NCBI GenBank assembly: GCA_000004695.1
Contig: CM000150.2
Coordinates: 2,432,001-2,496,000 of the forward strand
Direction: 5' to 3'
Length of the DNA stretch: 64,000 bases
From: Dictyostelium discoideum
Lineage: Eukaryota
Shown: positions 44,607 to 58,730 of the stretch, piece after piece
Layout: each line of letters starts with the position of its first letter
Numbering within the stretch: the first letter of the stretch is position 1
Program-made: the position numbers and the translations under genes
Notes under the pieces: model-generated
What the model saw: only the letters and a program-made list of their open reading frames with translations
The model's database searches: none
What the model was told of the DNA's origin: nothing

Positions 44607-45532
44607 TTATAAAGATACAGGTGGTTCACATTTTAATGAATTATTTTTAATTAATTCATCATCGAATAATTCAGAAGGTGGTTTAGTTAAAACCTTTTGA
44701 ATTGAAGGAATTGGTCTGAAACAATGAGATTGAAGTTGTTGAGATTGTAAAATCTTTCTTGATAATTGACGATAATGGAAAAAGTTAACGATACCACCTG
44801 GTAAAAGACGTGGTGAACTTGTTTCAATAAAAGATAATTCGTCCAATAATAAATGAATATTTGGAATGCAAGGTGGTTTAGCATCTGGTAATAACTCTCT
44901 ATACTTTTTATGATCATTCTCTTTGGAAACGATTGATTTCAAATGTTCAAAAGTGGCAAGATTTCTTTGGGAAACGTTTCTCCAAGTGTCTGACAAACGT
45001 TCGATAGATTGGTCTACCAAAGGCTCGACAATGGAGAAAACCGCAGCATAATCGTTATTGGCCAAACATTTCTCTGCGGCCTCAATGAAACGTTCGATTG
45101 TAGCAACTCTTTTTTGAAGTTTAGTTTGTTTTAAAATCTCTGTTGAAACGAAACGAGCGAGATTATTACATTTTCTAACGAATTTATGAATGTTTTCAGC
45201 TGGTACAACCTCGACGAATGAAGTACCAACATATGGTGTAGTTGTTGATTCTTCGCCACATTTCTCCCAAATATATTCAATAAATTCTCTAGCTTTAATA
45301 CGATTAAAGTAAAAACTATTAATAATTGTAATTTGACGTGCCAACTCTGTACTATGAATATCTTTTACATCCAAATATTCACTAGTAGTTGGTGGTGGTA
45401 TAATACTAACTGGATATGGTTCCTCACCATTACCAATACCATTTGATGTTACCAATACACTATATCTATTATTACCATTTTGAAGCATCATTTTTGATTG
45501 ATTTGCTGCCGCAATATTTATTATATTTAATC

Positions 45533-45622
<90 letters not shown>

Positions 45623-48100
45623 TACTACTACTATTTACACTATTATTATTATTTATATTATTTATATTATTTACAGGGTTATTATTATTATTATTATTAT
45701 TATTTATAAAATCGGAAGGACTATTAATTTGAATTAATAATTCTAATTCTGAACGTTTTTTTTGTAATTCAGTCATTAGCTTTGGATCGATTAATAATTC
45801 ATTATTACTTATTGTTGTACCTAAAAGTAAAGCTGTACTTGAGTTTTGTTGAGCAGAGATTTTATCAAATTCATTTAAATTATCTTCCATTGCTTCCTCG
45901 AGGAAATCTTGTGGATAATAGTCGATCCAACGTTTAAAGAAAATGATAACACGTAATTGAATCACTCTTTGTACCTTTTTCCAACCATTGATATCATTGG
46001 TAAAGTTATCGGGTGAATTGGCGATATAACGTGATAATAAGAGTTCAAAGATTTGTTGTGGTGGTGCAAAACAACGATATGCCAATAGGAAATCTTGAAT
46101 GTATGATGTATCATAGTAGTAATCAGAGGTTGCACGTTCAATCATCTTTGTGATATGACTTGTCAATGCTGCATAGCATGGTCCTTGTTTTCTCTTTAAT
46201 GTTTGGTATCCAACATGTTTTGGTTTTGCTGCAATCTTCCAAATTGAATCACTTGGTTTATGTGGTCTAGATTGAATTGGTGAGGTTGGTGGTGGTGTTG
46301 TTGATAATTGACCATCAACCAAATTCAATTCCATAGATTTCCTATGAAGTGACATTGTATTTCTTCTAGATTGTGCTAATGATACTAATTGCGATCCTTG
46401 TGGTGGTGTTGATGGTGATGAATTATTACTTCCACCTGATGATGATAAATTAATTTGTTGAATACCTGTTGTAATATCTGGTGAGATATTACTAATATTA
46501 TTATTATTATTGTTATTGTTATTGCTATTATTTGGCGAGAATGAAATATTTGGAGTTTGAATAATTGGTGTTTGAATAGTTGGTGTTGAAACTACTGCTG
46601 CTGCAGCTGCGGCGGCGGCGGCGGCTGCGGCTGCAGCTGCAGTTGCTACCTTTAAGTTATTTTGACAAACTTTTAATTGAGATAAAATTTCATCAAACTT
46701 TGGTCTAGTTAATGGTTCATAAAGACAACATTCAACGCATACTGAAATTAATTCAGATGGACATCCTGGTATTGATTTTTGTTTTAATTCTTCTGGATTA
46801 ATATCAAAACATGTCTCTGGTGATCTAACCCATAAATCTACACCTGGTTTTCTTCCAGTAATTAATTCTGCTAAAACGACACCATATGAAAATACATCAC
46901 ATGATGTGTCATAACTCATACCCAATAAAATTTCCTAATTTCAAAAAAAAAAAATAAATATTAAAAAAAAAAAAAAAATAATAATAAAAAAAAATAAAAG
47001 AAGAAAGTTAATAATTATAATAATAATAATAATAATAATAAAAATAATAATAAATAAAAAAAAAAAAATAAAAACAATCTCGATTAAATTCGATTCGATT
47101 TTCGATTGGATTTTTTTTTAAAAAAAAAAATAAAAATATGGCTTATACTAAAATATCTTTCGAGCCATTTAAAAAAAAAATCTGTCCAAAAAAAAAAAAA
47201 AAAAAAATGAAAATTTTGGAATACTCACTGGTGCAACCCAACCTTCAGTACCGCACATAGTCATATGTCTTGATTTTTTTGTTTGTTCGCTCATTCTAGC
47301 AAAACCGACTATAGTTTTGTGGGAAAAGAAAAAAAAAAAAAAAAAAAAAAGTTAGAAATGAAATAAAAAAAAAAAAAAAAAAAAAAAACAATCTAAAAAT
47401 ATACTTACAATCACATAAACGGATTCTTTGAAATTCATCCAACTATTGAATAAAATAAAAAAAATAAGAATGTTAGATAATTTTATTATTATTATATATT
47501 TTTTTTTTTTCTTTACATACCAAAATATTTTTTGATTTTAAATCTCTATGAATAATTTTCTTGGCATGTAAAAATACCATTGCCTTTGCTAAATCTACTG
47601 CAATTGATACACGTTTATCCCAACCAATTGGTGGTGTTTTCTTTAAAAGTTGTCTTACATCACCACCTGATACAAATTCTGTTACAATATATAATCCACT
47701 TGAGTGAACACAAATACCTGAGAAATTAACAATGAATGGATGTCTTAATGATCTATTTATTATTGTGAAAAATCAAAATCAAAATCAAAATCAAAATCAA
47801 AATCAAAAAAATAAAAAGAAAAAAAAGGGTGTCAGAAAAGCAAATAAATTTTTTTTTTTTATACTGAAAAAAAAAAAAAAAAAATACTTACTGAAGCATC
47901 GAAACTTCTCTATCAATATATTTGAGATATTCAGGGTCGTCAGCTTTTTCAATTTTTTTAATTGCAACATCTAAACCTAAATAACATCCTCTAAATACTG
48001 AACCAAAACTTCCTTTGCCAATTTTTTCATTGAATTCTAAACTCTCAAATGGTATATCCCAAATTGCCTGTGTTGGTAAGCCTGGATCTGCTTCTGCCAT
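44607..48100 (-). CDS. Protein kinase (TKL-like) fused to RasGEF-N and RasGEF (Cdc25-homology) domains. Five exons, about 47892..48100, 47521..47752, 47409..47442, 47229..47308 and 44607..46934.
   Basis: Exon 1: MAEADPGLPTQAIWDIPFESLEFNEKIGKGSFGSVFRGCYLGLDVAIKKIEKADDPEYLKYIDREVSMLQ (Gly-loop, VAIK), donor CA|GTAAGT. Exon 2: SLRHPFIVNFSGICVHSSGLYIVTEFVSGGDVRQLL...IIHRDLKSKNILL (HRDLKSKN). Exon 3: LDEFQRIRLCD. Exon 4: FGFARMSEQTKKSRHMTMCGTEGWVAPE (DFG...APE). Exon 5: EILLGMSYDTSCDVFSYGVVLAELITGRKP... There is a poly-Ala run (GCN)n at about 46590-46640. RasGEF region: ...FLLAYRCFAPPQQIFELL...ITIINSFYFNRIKAREFI...NNLARFVSTEILKQTKLQKRVATIERFIEAAEKCLANNDYAAVFSIVEPL...NIHLLLDELSFIE. All splice phases join. 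Confidence 0.75.
47768..47817. repeat. (AAAATC)n hexanucleotide microsatellite in intron 1 of the kinase-RasGEF gene
   Basis: About 7 perfect units are visible (aaaatcaaaatcaaaatc...). Confidence 0.8.
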
Positions 48101-48665
48101 TCTTTATTTTATTTTTATTTTTTTACTTTATTTATATATATATAAATTTATTTATTATTATTATTATTATTAATACTACAAATTTATTATTGTACAAAAA
48201 AAAAAAAGATGGTTATTTTATTGAAAAAAAAAGAAAATAAAAATTAAAAATTAAAAAAAAAAAAAAAAAGCAATCTTTATAAAATGTGTGAGAGGTGTGG
48301 TTTTTTTTTTTTTTTTTTTTTTATTATTTTTTTATTTTTTTATTATTTTTTTATTATTTTTTGTGTTTTGTGGTTGATAAGAATAAAATAATCTTTTAAT
48401 TTAGATTAATTATTCTGTTGTGTGTGTGAGTTTTCTATTTTTACTATTTTACAACAATGGAAAAGGAAAAAATAATACAACAAAAAAAAAATAAGAAAAC
48501 TTTTTTTTTTTTTTTTTTTGACAACTTTATTATTGTGAAAATTTATATTTATCTATATGATGATAAAATTTGTTTAAAAATTTATAATAAAGGTTGTTGG
48601 TGGGCATGCGATATTTTTGAAAAAAAAAAAAAAAAAAAAAAAAATTAAAAAAAAAAAAAAAAAAC

Positions 48666-48705
<40 letters not shown>

Positions 48706-48967
48706 TTTTTTTTTTGGTTTTGGTTATATTTTATTGGCTAATATATCGATGTTTAAAAGAAATTAAAATGCCAATCGTGAACCATTGTCCTGTATAATTG
48801 TTTTTTGGCTCAAAAGTTTCCCTTTTTTTTTTTTTTTTTTATATATATGTTTAGATTTGATTTTTTGGGGGTGTGAATTTATAAATGTGAAAAAAAATAT
48901 AAAATATAAAAATAAATTTAAAAATAAAAATAAAAATATAAATAAAAATAAGGCGAAATATCAAAAA

Positions 48968-49001
<34 letters not shown>

Positions 49002-49347
49002 AAAATTTTGATTACAATTTAAGTTAAAATCAAAACAAATAAACCAAAAAAAAAAAAAGAAAAAAAAAGAAAAAAAAAAAAAAGAAAAAAAAAAAGAAAA
49101 AAAAAAGTGGGAAGATTTGATTATTATAATAGTTGGAAAGTCGATCTTAATAAAATCTATTCCAGAAAGGGGGAGTGTGAAATTAATAAACCAACCTACC
49201 TTTATTTAAAAACTTATCAATCCCTTTTATCATTTTTTTTTTTTTGTTTTTTATTATCATTTATTATTATTATAATTATTACTATTATAATTTTTTTTTT
49301 TCTAAACTTTTAACTTATTTTTTTTTTTTTTTTTTCTAAACATTTAT

Positions 49348-49388
49348 CTGATGAAATGTCATAAGTTATTGATGAAATGTCATAAGTT
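49348..49388. repeat. Perfect tandem duplication of a 20-mer (TGATGAAATGTCATAAGTTA x2, 1-nt spacer) about 120 bp upstream of the 49510 ATG
   Basis: Seen directly: ...tcTGATGAAATGTCATAAGTTAtTGATGAAATGTCATAAGTTAacaaac... This is mixed-base sequence, unlike the surrounding homopolymers, and it lies in the divergent promoter region between the kinase-RasGEF gene and the CD2BP2-like gene. Confidence 0.8.
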
Positions 49389-49509
49389 AACAAACTAAAA
49401 AAAAAACTTTTTTTTTTTTTTTTTCATTTTAATTCCCACCCTTTTTTTTTTTTATTTTTATTTTTATTTTTAATTTTTTAACCCAAATAAACTTACCTTC
49501 ACAGTAACA

Positions 49510-50781
<1,272 letters not shown>

Positions 50782-50896
50782 TAAAAATAAATATTCTATA
50801 AATAAACCATTACTTTAATAAATTTTAAATTTATTGTTTTATTTTTGTTTTTTTTTTTTTTTGTTTTATTTTTTATTTTGTTTTATTTTTTTATTT

Positions 50897-51850
50897 TTAT
50901 TTTAATTTCTTTACATCATTAATTGAATGAAATGAAATTTCACCACGTTCAATTACATCTGGTAAATTATCAATATGATTTAATTGAACACGAATGAATT
51001 TAACCATATCCAAAAGTTGTTGTGGTGTAACATCTGGACTCATTGCATAAAAGTTTCTCCATAATGCATTACATAATACTGTATCATCAAATAAACCTTC
51101 ATCATATGAAATTAATGTTCCTAAATAAGTTGTATAAAAATCTTTTAAATATTTTGGAATAAATCTTTTTTTAATCTAAAAATAAAAAAAGGTATTAATA
51201 AATAAATTTTATTTTATTTTATTTAATTTTTTTTTTTTTTTTAAAAAAAAAAGATTACATACACCAGCAATTGCTATTTTTTTTTCTAAATCTTCCCAAA
51301 AACGATCATATAAATCAATTTGTAATTGTTTTGAAAGTTTTAAATCTTTTCTTAAACGTACAAATACAATCCAAATATGAAGTACAGATATGGTAAACCA
51401 ACTTCTAACATTAACTGGTAAATTTGATTGTTTATAAAATTCAATATCAGATGATTGTTTTGCAATTTCTTCATAAATACGATATGAATTATGTAATGAA
51501 ATTGTATCCTTTGAATAGAATCCTAATAAAGCAAGATACCAACTCTTTTCTTTTCTCATTTGTTCCTTTGCTAAATATTTTGGATTTGGAATATATTTTA
51601 AAATTTCTTTATCATAATCACTATTAATTATTTCATCTTTATTAATATTTATATCTTCTGTTGTTGTTGCAGCATTTGTTTCATTTTCTGGTTTAATAGT
51701 CGAGAATGATTTAATTAAACAATTATTGAAATTATTTGTTTTAAATAAATTTGAATTTGAATTCAAATTTCTAATAGTTGAAATATTAAATTTATTTGAA
51801 TATTGTAATAACCCCCTTTTTAATAAATTTCTAGATATATTATTAATCAT
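50897..51850 (-). CDS. Ubiquinol-cytochrome c reductase complex assembly factor UQCC1/CBP3 homolog. Two exons, about 51263..51850 and 50897..51175.
   Basis: ATG at 51850 (the track's 51859 start is a GTG). The N-terminus is presequence-like (MINNISRNLLKRGLLQYSNKFNISTIRNL...). The Cbp3 domain spans the intron: ...SWFTISVLHIWIVFVRLRKDLKLSKQLQIDLYDRFWEDLEKKIAIAG|GTATGT...TTTTAG|IKKRFIPKYLKDFYTTYLGTLISYDEGLFDDTVLCNALWRNFYAMSPDVTPQQLLDMVKFIRVQLNHIDNLPDVIERGEISF. Confidence 0.75.
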
Positions 51851-52100
51851 TTTTTTCACTTTTTACCACAAACCACCCAACTGAATTAAATAAACGACAA
51901 AAAAAAAAAAAAAAAAAATTAAAAAATTAAAAATTAAAAAAAAAATTAAAATAAAAAAAAAAAAAAAAAAATTAAAAAACGAGTAATTTCGTGTCCATTA
52001 GTTTTTTTTTTTTTTTTTCATTTTTTTATTTTTTAGATATAATATTTAATTATAAAAATAGAAATATATATATATATATTTATATTTATAAATAATTAAT

Positions 52101-53209
52101 ATGATTATTCCAAAATTTTCAGTTGACCAAAATGATGAATTTATTATTGTTGTTGCAATAACACCATATATTAAAGCATCAGAAGCAGATTTTTATTTAT
52201 TGGAAAATCAATTTAAATTCTATTGTAAACCATATTTCCTTAGACTTACATTTAGTCATAATATAGTTGAAAATGGTAAAGAGAAAGCATCATTCAATGT
52301 AAATACACAAGAATTTACATTTTATTTACCAAAAGAAATAAATGGTCAAAAATTCAATGATTTAGATTTAATTACAAAATTATTAGAGAAAAAGTCAACA
52401 ACAAATACTTCAAAGATTCAAGTTTTAAATGGTGAATCAAATCAAGATGACCAAGATGAAGATGAAGAAGGTGAAGATTATGAAGATGAAGAATGGGAAT
52501 TTGAACAAATTGTTGAACCTGAACCATCTGTATGTAATATATAAATAATAATAATAATAAATAATAATAAATTTTTTTATATTAATAATTTTATTCTTTT
52601 TTTAAAAAAATAGTTAGATGAATTAAAAAATAAAATTAAATATGGATTCAATGATGGATATAGTGATTTCTTTCAAGGATTACAACAAGATATTAGTGAT
52701 ATAATTGATATTCCAATTATCGATTCAATTACAAAACAAGAAAGAACAAAAGTTAGAACTGAATTTGAAGATTTAAAATTTGATCCAGAAAGATTTATGG
52801 AAAATCATTTCTTTAATGATGATATTAAAGAATTATTACATTATAAATGTTATTGGGAAGATTTAATTGAAAAGAAATTAAAATTAAAAAATGAAAAAAA
52901 TCAAAAACAATCATCTGAACAAGAATCGAATGAAATAATAAATAAAAAAGAAGAAGAAAAACAAGAAGAAAAACAAGAGGAAAAAGTTGAAGAAATTAAA
53001 GAAAAAGTTGAAGAAATTAAACAAATTGATCCATCAAATTTAGAAGATTATGATGAAGGTAATGATGAAGTTACAAATGAAACTACAATTGAATCAAATG
53101 AAATTTCAGATGAATTATTAGAAAAGATTAATTCAACTTTATCAAAGAAAATTTCAATTGTAAATGATGAGTCAGATATCAAAAATAGTTTAATTGAAAA
53201 AGAAGATTC

Positions 53210-53256
<47 letters not shown>

Positions 53257-53936
53257 AATCAACAACTACAAATAATAATAAATATTCAAAGAAATTAATT
53301 ACATTTTCAGATGAAGAAAAAGATATAATGAAAAATTTACCAAATAAAGAATATATGATTAGTAATGAAAAATCAATATTACTTGGATTGGTTGATATAA
53401 TTTATTCATATGCATATAATGAAAGAGTTAATATGGGTTATGAAAATATTGAATCAGCTTGGAACATTTGTAAATTGTCAGGTACATTATCATGTCTTGA
53501 TAATTTTTATAATTTATCATCAGTTTTAGAATGTTGTTTTAAGAGATCATTAACGTTCCCACTTTATCGTAGTTGGTTATTATCAGAACGTGTTCTTAGA
53601 GATACAAAACAAATTTTCCAATTAGGAAAAAGATCACTTTTAAAATGTTTATTAGATATTAAAAAGAAATTAGAATCTTCAGAATTTAAATACTACTTAA
53701 ATAGATTATATATTGATGATTATTGTATTTGGTTACAACATGCAAGTAAAAAGAAATTAAAATCATTACGTAATAAATTATCTGAATATGAAATGAAAAA
53801 GTCAATGATATCATGGCCATTAGAAGAATATGAAAAATTAGTTGAAGAAGAAGGTATGGTATTTGGTGAAGAAGAAGAGGATGAAGATAATAAAGAAGAA
53901 CAATTTGAATATGAAAATCAAGATGAAAGTGATTAA
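52101..53936 (+). CDS. shq1: SHQ1 (H/ACA snoRNP assembly factor) homolog. Two exons, about 52101..52529 and 52614..53936.
   Basis: CS-like N-terminus: MIIPKFSVDQNDEFIIVVAITPYIKASEADFYLLENQFKFYCKPYFLRLTFSHNIVENGKEKASFNVNTQEFTFYLPKE. Exon 1 ends EPEPS|GTATGT. An AAAATAG acceptor leads to LDELKNKIKYGFNDGYSDFFQGLQQDISDIIDI... (cf. human SHQ1 YGFNHAYSGFF..LQDELSDLIDI). Shq1 domain: LLGLVDIIYSYAYNERVNMGYENIESAWNICKLSGTLSCLDNF...FPLYRSWLLSERVLRD. An acidic tail follows. The frames were checked by position. Confidence 0.8.
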
Positions 53937-53988
53937 ATAAAAATAAAAATAAAAAATTAAAATAAAAATTAAATTATGTATTGTTTAT

Positions 53989-56073
53989 TTATTTTTTAAA
54001 TTTATAATAATGTGGAGCAATTTCAAATAACCAATTTGGTTCAATTGAAGTTACATCTTTCATATATTCTTTTGTTGTAATTGTAACTTCATTAAAAATG
54101 ACCCATTGTGGTGAATTTGATAAACAAAGTACAGAGGTTGGATGTAACCAAAGTTTATGTTTTTCTCTAATGGTTTGATAGGAACCATCTGGTTGTAATT
54201 GAGCTGCATTTGTAAAGAATCCTGAAACAATTGCCTTTCGAATTAAATTACTGCATTGTTCTCTATTGTTATTGCTATCAAAACAAGATATAACATTTAT
54301 TGAATATTTCTTTGCATAAGCTAATAGTTGTTTTCTAACTTGTAATACTCTTTGCATAGCTTTATAATTGATTTGATGTTGATTACACCATTGTGGTGAA
54401 CTTTGATTACTGATAAATGAATTGAAAATATTTAATAAAGTTAAATGATCACCTTCTTTAACTAATAGATGTTTTCTTGATTTATGATTTTGATTAGTGA
54501 ATAAACCTTGAATATTTAACATAGCAGTGATTGTAATACACTCATCAGAACAATTGAAACCATTTGAAGATGATTGAATTATCATTTTTGAAAAGGTTGG
54601 ATCTGTAGGGAACTCTGCCATTATCATACCGGTTGGATTGGTTAGCTTACCATTATCATCCAACGCACCCAATCCATAGAGTACTTCTAGACCTCTTATG
54701 AGTGAACTTGATGGTGGTTGTGAAATGAAATCGAAATTTAAAATATTATCAATACCCAATGCTTTCAATTGTAATATTGTATTTGTTAAATTTGAACGTT
54801 GAATCTCTGGTATAGTTTGGTCTGGTAATAGTTTTTCATAGGTTAATTCAGTATATAGTCTATAGCATTTACCAGCTCTACTTCTACCAGCCCTACCAGC
54901 TCTTTGATTCGCCGATGATTTCGATGTTGGTACAATCACCAATGATTCCAAACCACTCTCTGAATCATATGATTTAATTTTAACAAAACCACAATCAACC
55001 ACATAAACTACACCATCGATTGTAATTGATGTCTCTGCAATATTAGTTGAAATTATAATCTTTCTAATCTTTTTACTATCACCAACCGATTCAAAAACTT
55101 TAATTTGTTTATTAATTGATAATCCAGAATACATTGGTAATAATGAATATTTCATAAATGGTTGTTGTTGTTGATGGTGGTGTTGTTGATGATATTGTCT
55201 TAAAATTTCAAATTTATCATCCAATGTTTGAATTAGTTTTTCAATTTCTTCTTGACCTGTTAAAAATACTAAAATATCACCAGGTGGTTGAGTTGTATGA
55301 ATATCAATTATAGTTTGTATGGTTGTTTGAATATAATTTGAAGTTGATTCTTCAAGATAGTGTATATCTACTGGATAAGTTCTACCTTCAATTGAAAGAA
55401 TTGTTGAAGTATCTTTTGATTTATCATTAGTTTGATTATAATTAAAAAAGTTGAAAAAATCATTTGCATTTAAAGTTGCTGATGAAATTATTAATTTTAA
55501 ACTATTATCATTATTATTGTTATTATTTGTTGAATTTCTTTTTTTTTGAACTTTTTTTAATAATCCCATTAAAAGATCAGTTTGTAATGAACGTTCATGC
55601 GCTTCATCAATCATAATTACAGAATATTTTAAAAGTAATGGATCTAACATCATTTCTCTAATTAACATACCATCAGTGACATATTTGATTCTAGTTTCGA
55701 TATCTGATATCTTTTCATCGAATCTAACACTATATCCAACGGTTTTACCAACATGTTGTTCACCCATTTCTTGTGCAACCCTTTCTGCTAATGATATGGC
55801 TGCAACTCTTCTTGGTTGTGTACATAAAATAGTTCTAAATCCATCTGACCAACCACTTTCAAATAGATATTGTGGAATTTGTGTTGATTTACCACATCCT
55901 GTATTACCAATAATTACTAATGTACTATATTTCTCTAATAAATATAATATATGTTTACGATTTTGATAAATTGGTAATGAAATTCTTTGTTGTTGAATTG
56001 TTAATTTTTGATTACTATTATATATAAAATTATCATTTCCAAATGATAATGATGAATCTTTATCAAATAATGA

Positions 56074-56105
<32 letters not shown>

Positions 56106-56139
56106 TACTATTATTATTTATTTGATTATTTGTTGCCAT
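53989..56139 (-). CDS. DEAH-box RNA helicase, DHX35-like
   Basis: Single 716 aa ORF, ATG at 56139. LTIQQQRISLPIYQNRKHILYLLEKYSTLVIIGNTGCGKSTQIPQYLFESGW is nearly identical to the DHX35 N-terminus and motif I. IDEAHERS is motif II (DEAH). SSAT is motif III. FLTGQEEIE, TNIAETSITIDGVVYVVDCGF and QRAGRAGRSRAGKCYRLYTE are motifs IV-VI. The helicase-associated and OB-fold regions are at the C-terminus. It is convergent with SHQ1; the two stop codons are only about 52 bp apart. Confidence 0.85.
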
Positions 56140-56608
56140 TTTATCATTTTCGATTGTAAAAATTTCAAATTAAAAATGAAAAAAAAAAAAAAAAAATAAA
56201 TAAAAAAAAAAAAAAAAAATATTTGTGAAAATTATTCAAGTAACAAACTTGGATTCCCATATATAAAAATAATTATAGTTACTAATTTTGAAATTTTTTA
56301 AGAAAAAACAAAAATAATCAGGTTTGGCTGTGATAGGTTAAAAAAAAAAAAATAAAAAATAAAAAATAACCCAAGTTGGCTTGTCCCCGTATATTTGTGG
56401 TAATAATTAAATTAAATATAATAGTTTTTACAACATAGAATAAAACTATCCATACATAAATAAAATAAGATTTCAAGTTTTTTTTTTTTTTTTTTATTTC
56501 ATTTTTTTTTTATTTAATTGATATATGCATATTATTACTTTATTTTTTAATTTTTATTATTTTTTTTTTTTTATTATTTTTTTTATTTTTTTTATTTTTT
56601 TTAAATTA

Positions 56609-57340
56609 TTATGTTCTTTGAATTTCACCATTTATTAAAGAAATAGTTAAAGGTTTCCATTGTTTGAGAACATCTGGTGCATATGAGACAGATTCTAATT
56701 CAGGTTTTAGGATTGAACTTGTTTCTGGACCATATTTAACACCTTGTGATTCTAATTGATTTAAGAATGATTCATATTCTTTTCTTGCTGTAAGTGATGA
56801 TTTATAAAAACCTTCAATATCAAATACTCTTTGATGACCTTGTTGTGACCATTGTTGTTTTAATCTTTTTAATTTTTTTAATTTTTTTTTTTTTTTTAAA
56901 ATTAAAAATTATTATTAATAATTATATTTACTATATTTATATTTTAAAAAATGAAAATGAAAATGAAAATGAAAATGAAAATGAAATGTACATACTTTGA
57001 TAAATCAATATGTGGTAAATCTCTTTCGAAATCAAATGTAAATTTTAAAGATGATTCTAATGGATTTTCAAATAATTTATCTAATTCTGTAACTTTTTGT
57101 TTCATATTTAATTGTTGATAAATTTTTGAAAGATTTGTAGCACAATTTTGTACCATATCATTATTTCTACCTAATGATTTCTCTAATAATGAAAATGCTT
57201 TTTCACAATATGGTAATGCTTCTTCATAATTACCTTCAACTGAAAGATAACTTGATAAATTTAATAATGCTAAACCAATTCTATCATCAACTAAATAATC
57301 TTTTGAACTAATAATAATAATAATAATAATTTATTAATAT

Positions 57341-57380
<40 letters not shown>

Positions 57381-58162
57381 TAAATAATATACTTACGTTT
57401 CAAAAACTGAAATTGCTTGTTTACAAGTTTCAATTGCTTTTAAATTATCTTGTAATAAAGAGAATAATTCAGAAAGATGTAATAAAGTGTTACCAAAGAA
57501 TGGTAAATCTTCTTGAGATTCTAAATAACCTAAAGATTTGGTATAACATTTAACAGAATCCATGAATAAACCTTTAGTATGATAAATATAACCTAAATTT
57601 GAGAGTAAATAACCATAACATTGATCAGTTGTAATACCAAGTTCAGAGGTTCTTGTTGGCATTGAACCTTGTTTAGTACTTTCAAATAATGTAATACCAC
57701 TGATTAAAACGGTCTCTGCATCGTCAAATTTACCTTGAACAATTAATTGATTGGCTTGATCATTTAAATGAATACATTTCAATAATGGTGATACATTCTT
57801 TGTTTCATATGGTGTTAATTTAATTTTCTCAACTTGTGGTGTATAAAATTCTGATATCTTTTTTGAAACTTCTTGAATCTTTTTTCTTTATAATCATTAT
57901 TAAATAATAAAATTAATTTCTGCTAAAATAATAAATAAAGTAAATAATTATATATTAATATTACTTACTCGAATAAAACAGAAGCAGGTTGTTGAACTTC
58001 TTCGGTTATTTCAGTTTCAGTTTCTTCTTGATCAAATTCTGTTTTTATAGGTGAAGTAAAATTTCTTTTATTTATTAAATTTGATGCTGGTTTAACAATC
58101 AATCCATTATTTAATTTAGTTATTGATTTTCTAACTGTAATACATCTATTAATAAAATTCAT
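56609..58162 (-). CDS. TPR-like repeat protein with an N-terminal mitochondrial-type presequence. Four exons, about 57969..58162, 57397..57885, 56996..57307 and 56609..56864.
   Basis: Exon 1: MNFINRCITVRKSITKLNNGLIVKPASNLINKRNFTSPIKTEFDQEETETEITEEVQQPASVLF, with a GA|GTAAGT donor. Exon 2: EKKIQEVSKKISEFYTPQVEKIKLTPYETKNVSPLLKCIHLNDQANQLIVQGKFDDAETVLISGITLFE...YLLSNLGYIYHTKGLFMDSVKCYTKSLGYLE...AIETCKQAISVFE, with an AC|GTAAGT donor. Exon 3: TSKDYLVDDRIGLALLNLSSYLSVEGNYEEALPYCEKAFSLLEKSLGRNNDMVQNCATNLSKIYQQL..., with an AA|GTATGT donor. Exon 4: KLKQQWSQQGHQRVFDIEGFYKSSLTARKEYESFLNQLESQGVKYGP...INGEIQRT*. All phases join. The last intron contains a (GAAAAT)n microsatellite. Confidence 0.55.
56946..56988. 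repeat. (GAAAAT)n hexanucleotide microsatellite within the last intron of the TPR gene
   Basis: atgaaaatgaaaatgaaaatgaaaatgaaaatgaaatg is visible on the + strand. Confidence 0.85.
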
Positions 58163-58730
58163 TTTATTGAACTTTTTTTTGATTTTTTTACTTGATCAAA
58201 TAAAAAAAATAAAAAATAAAAGTGCTATGGGTGAAAATGCAGAAAAAAAAAAAAAATAAAAAAAAAATAAAAATAAAATAAAAAATATTTAAAAACGAAA
58301 AAAAAAAAAAAATAAAAAAAAATAAAAAAAATAAAAAACAAATTTACAGACAACTTGTGATCATTTATTTTTTTTTTTTTTTTTTTTGTTTATGCAAATA
58401 AACTTTATTATTATTATTACAAATAATTTTTTTTTTTTAATAGTTCATCACGTCCAAAAATCTAAAATGAGGTAGGGTCTTTTTAAATTCAGAAATTTAT
58501 CAATAAGTTAACGAAGAATGGGAAAGCTTCACATCCAAAATCCATTGTGTTTATGAAAACATGTTTTTTAAAATTTTTTTTTTTTTTTTGTGTGTTTTGA
58601 AAAAATAAAAAATAAAATTAAATATTATTATATTATTAATTTTTGTGTGTTTTTAAAAAAAAAAAAAAAAAAAAAAAAATTATTGAAATGAAAAAAATTA
58701 TTGGCAACTGATAATATTAAATATTCAATT

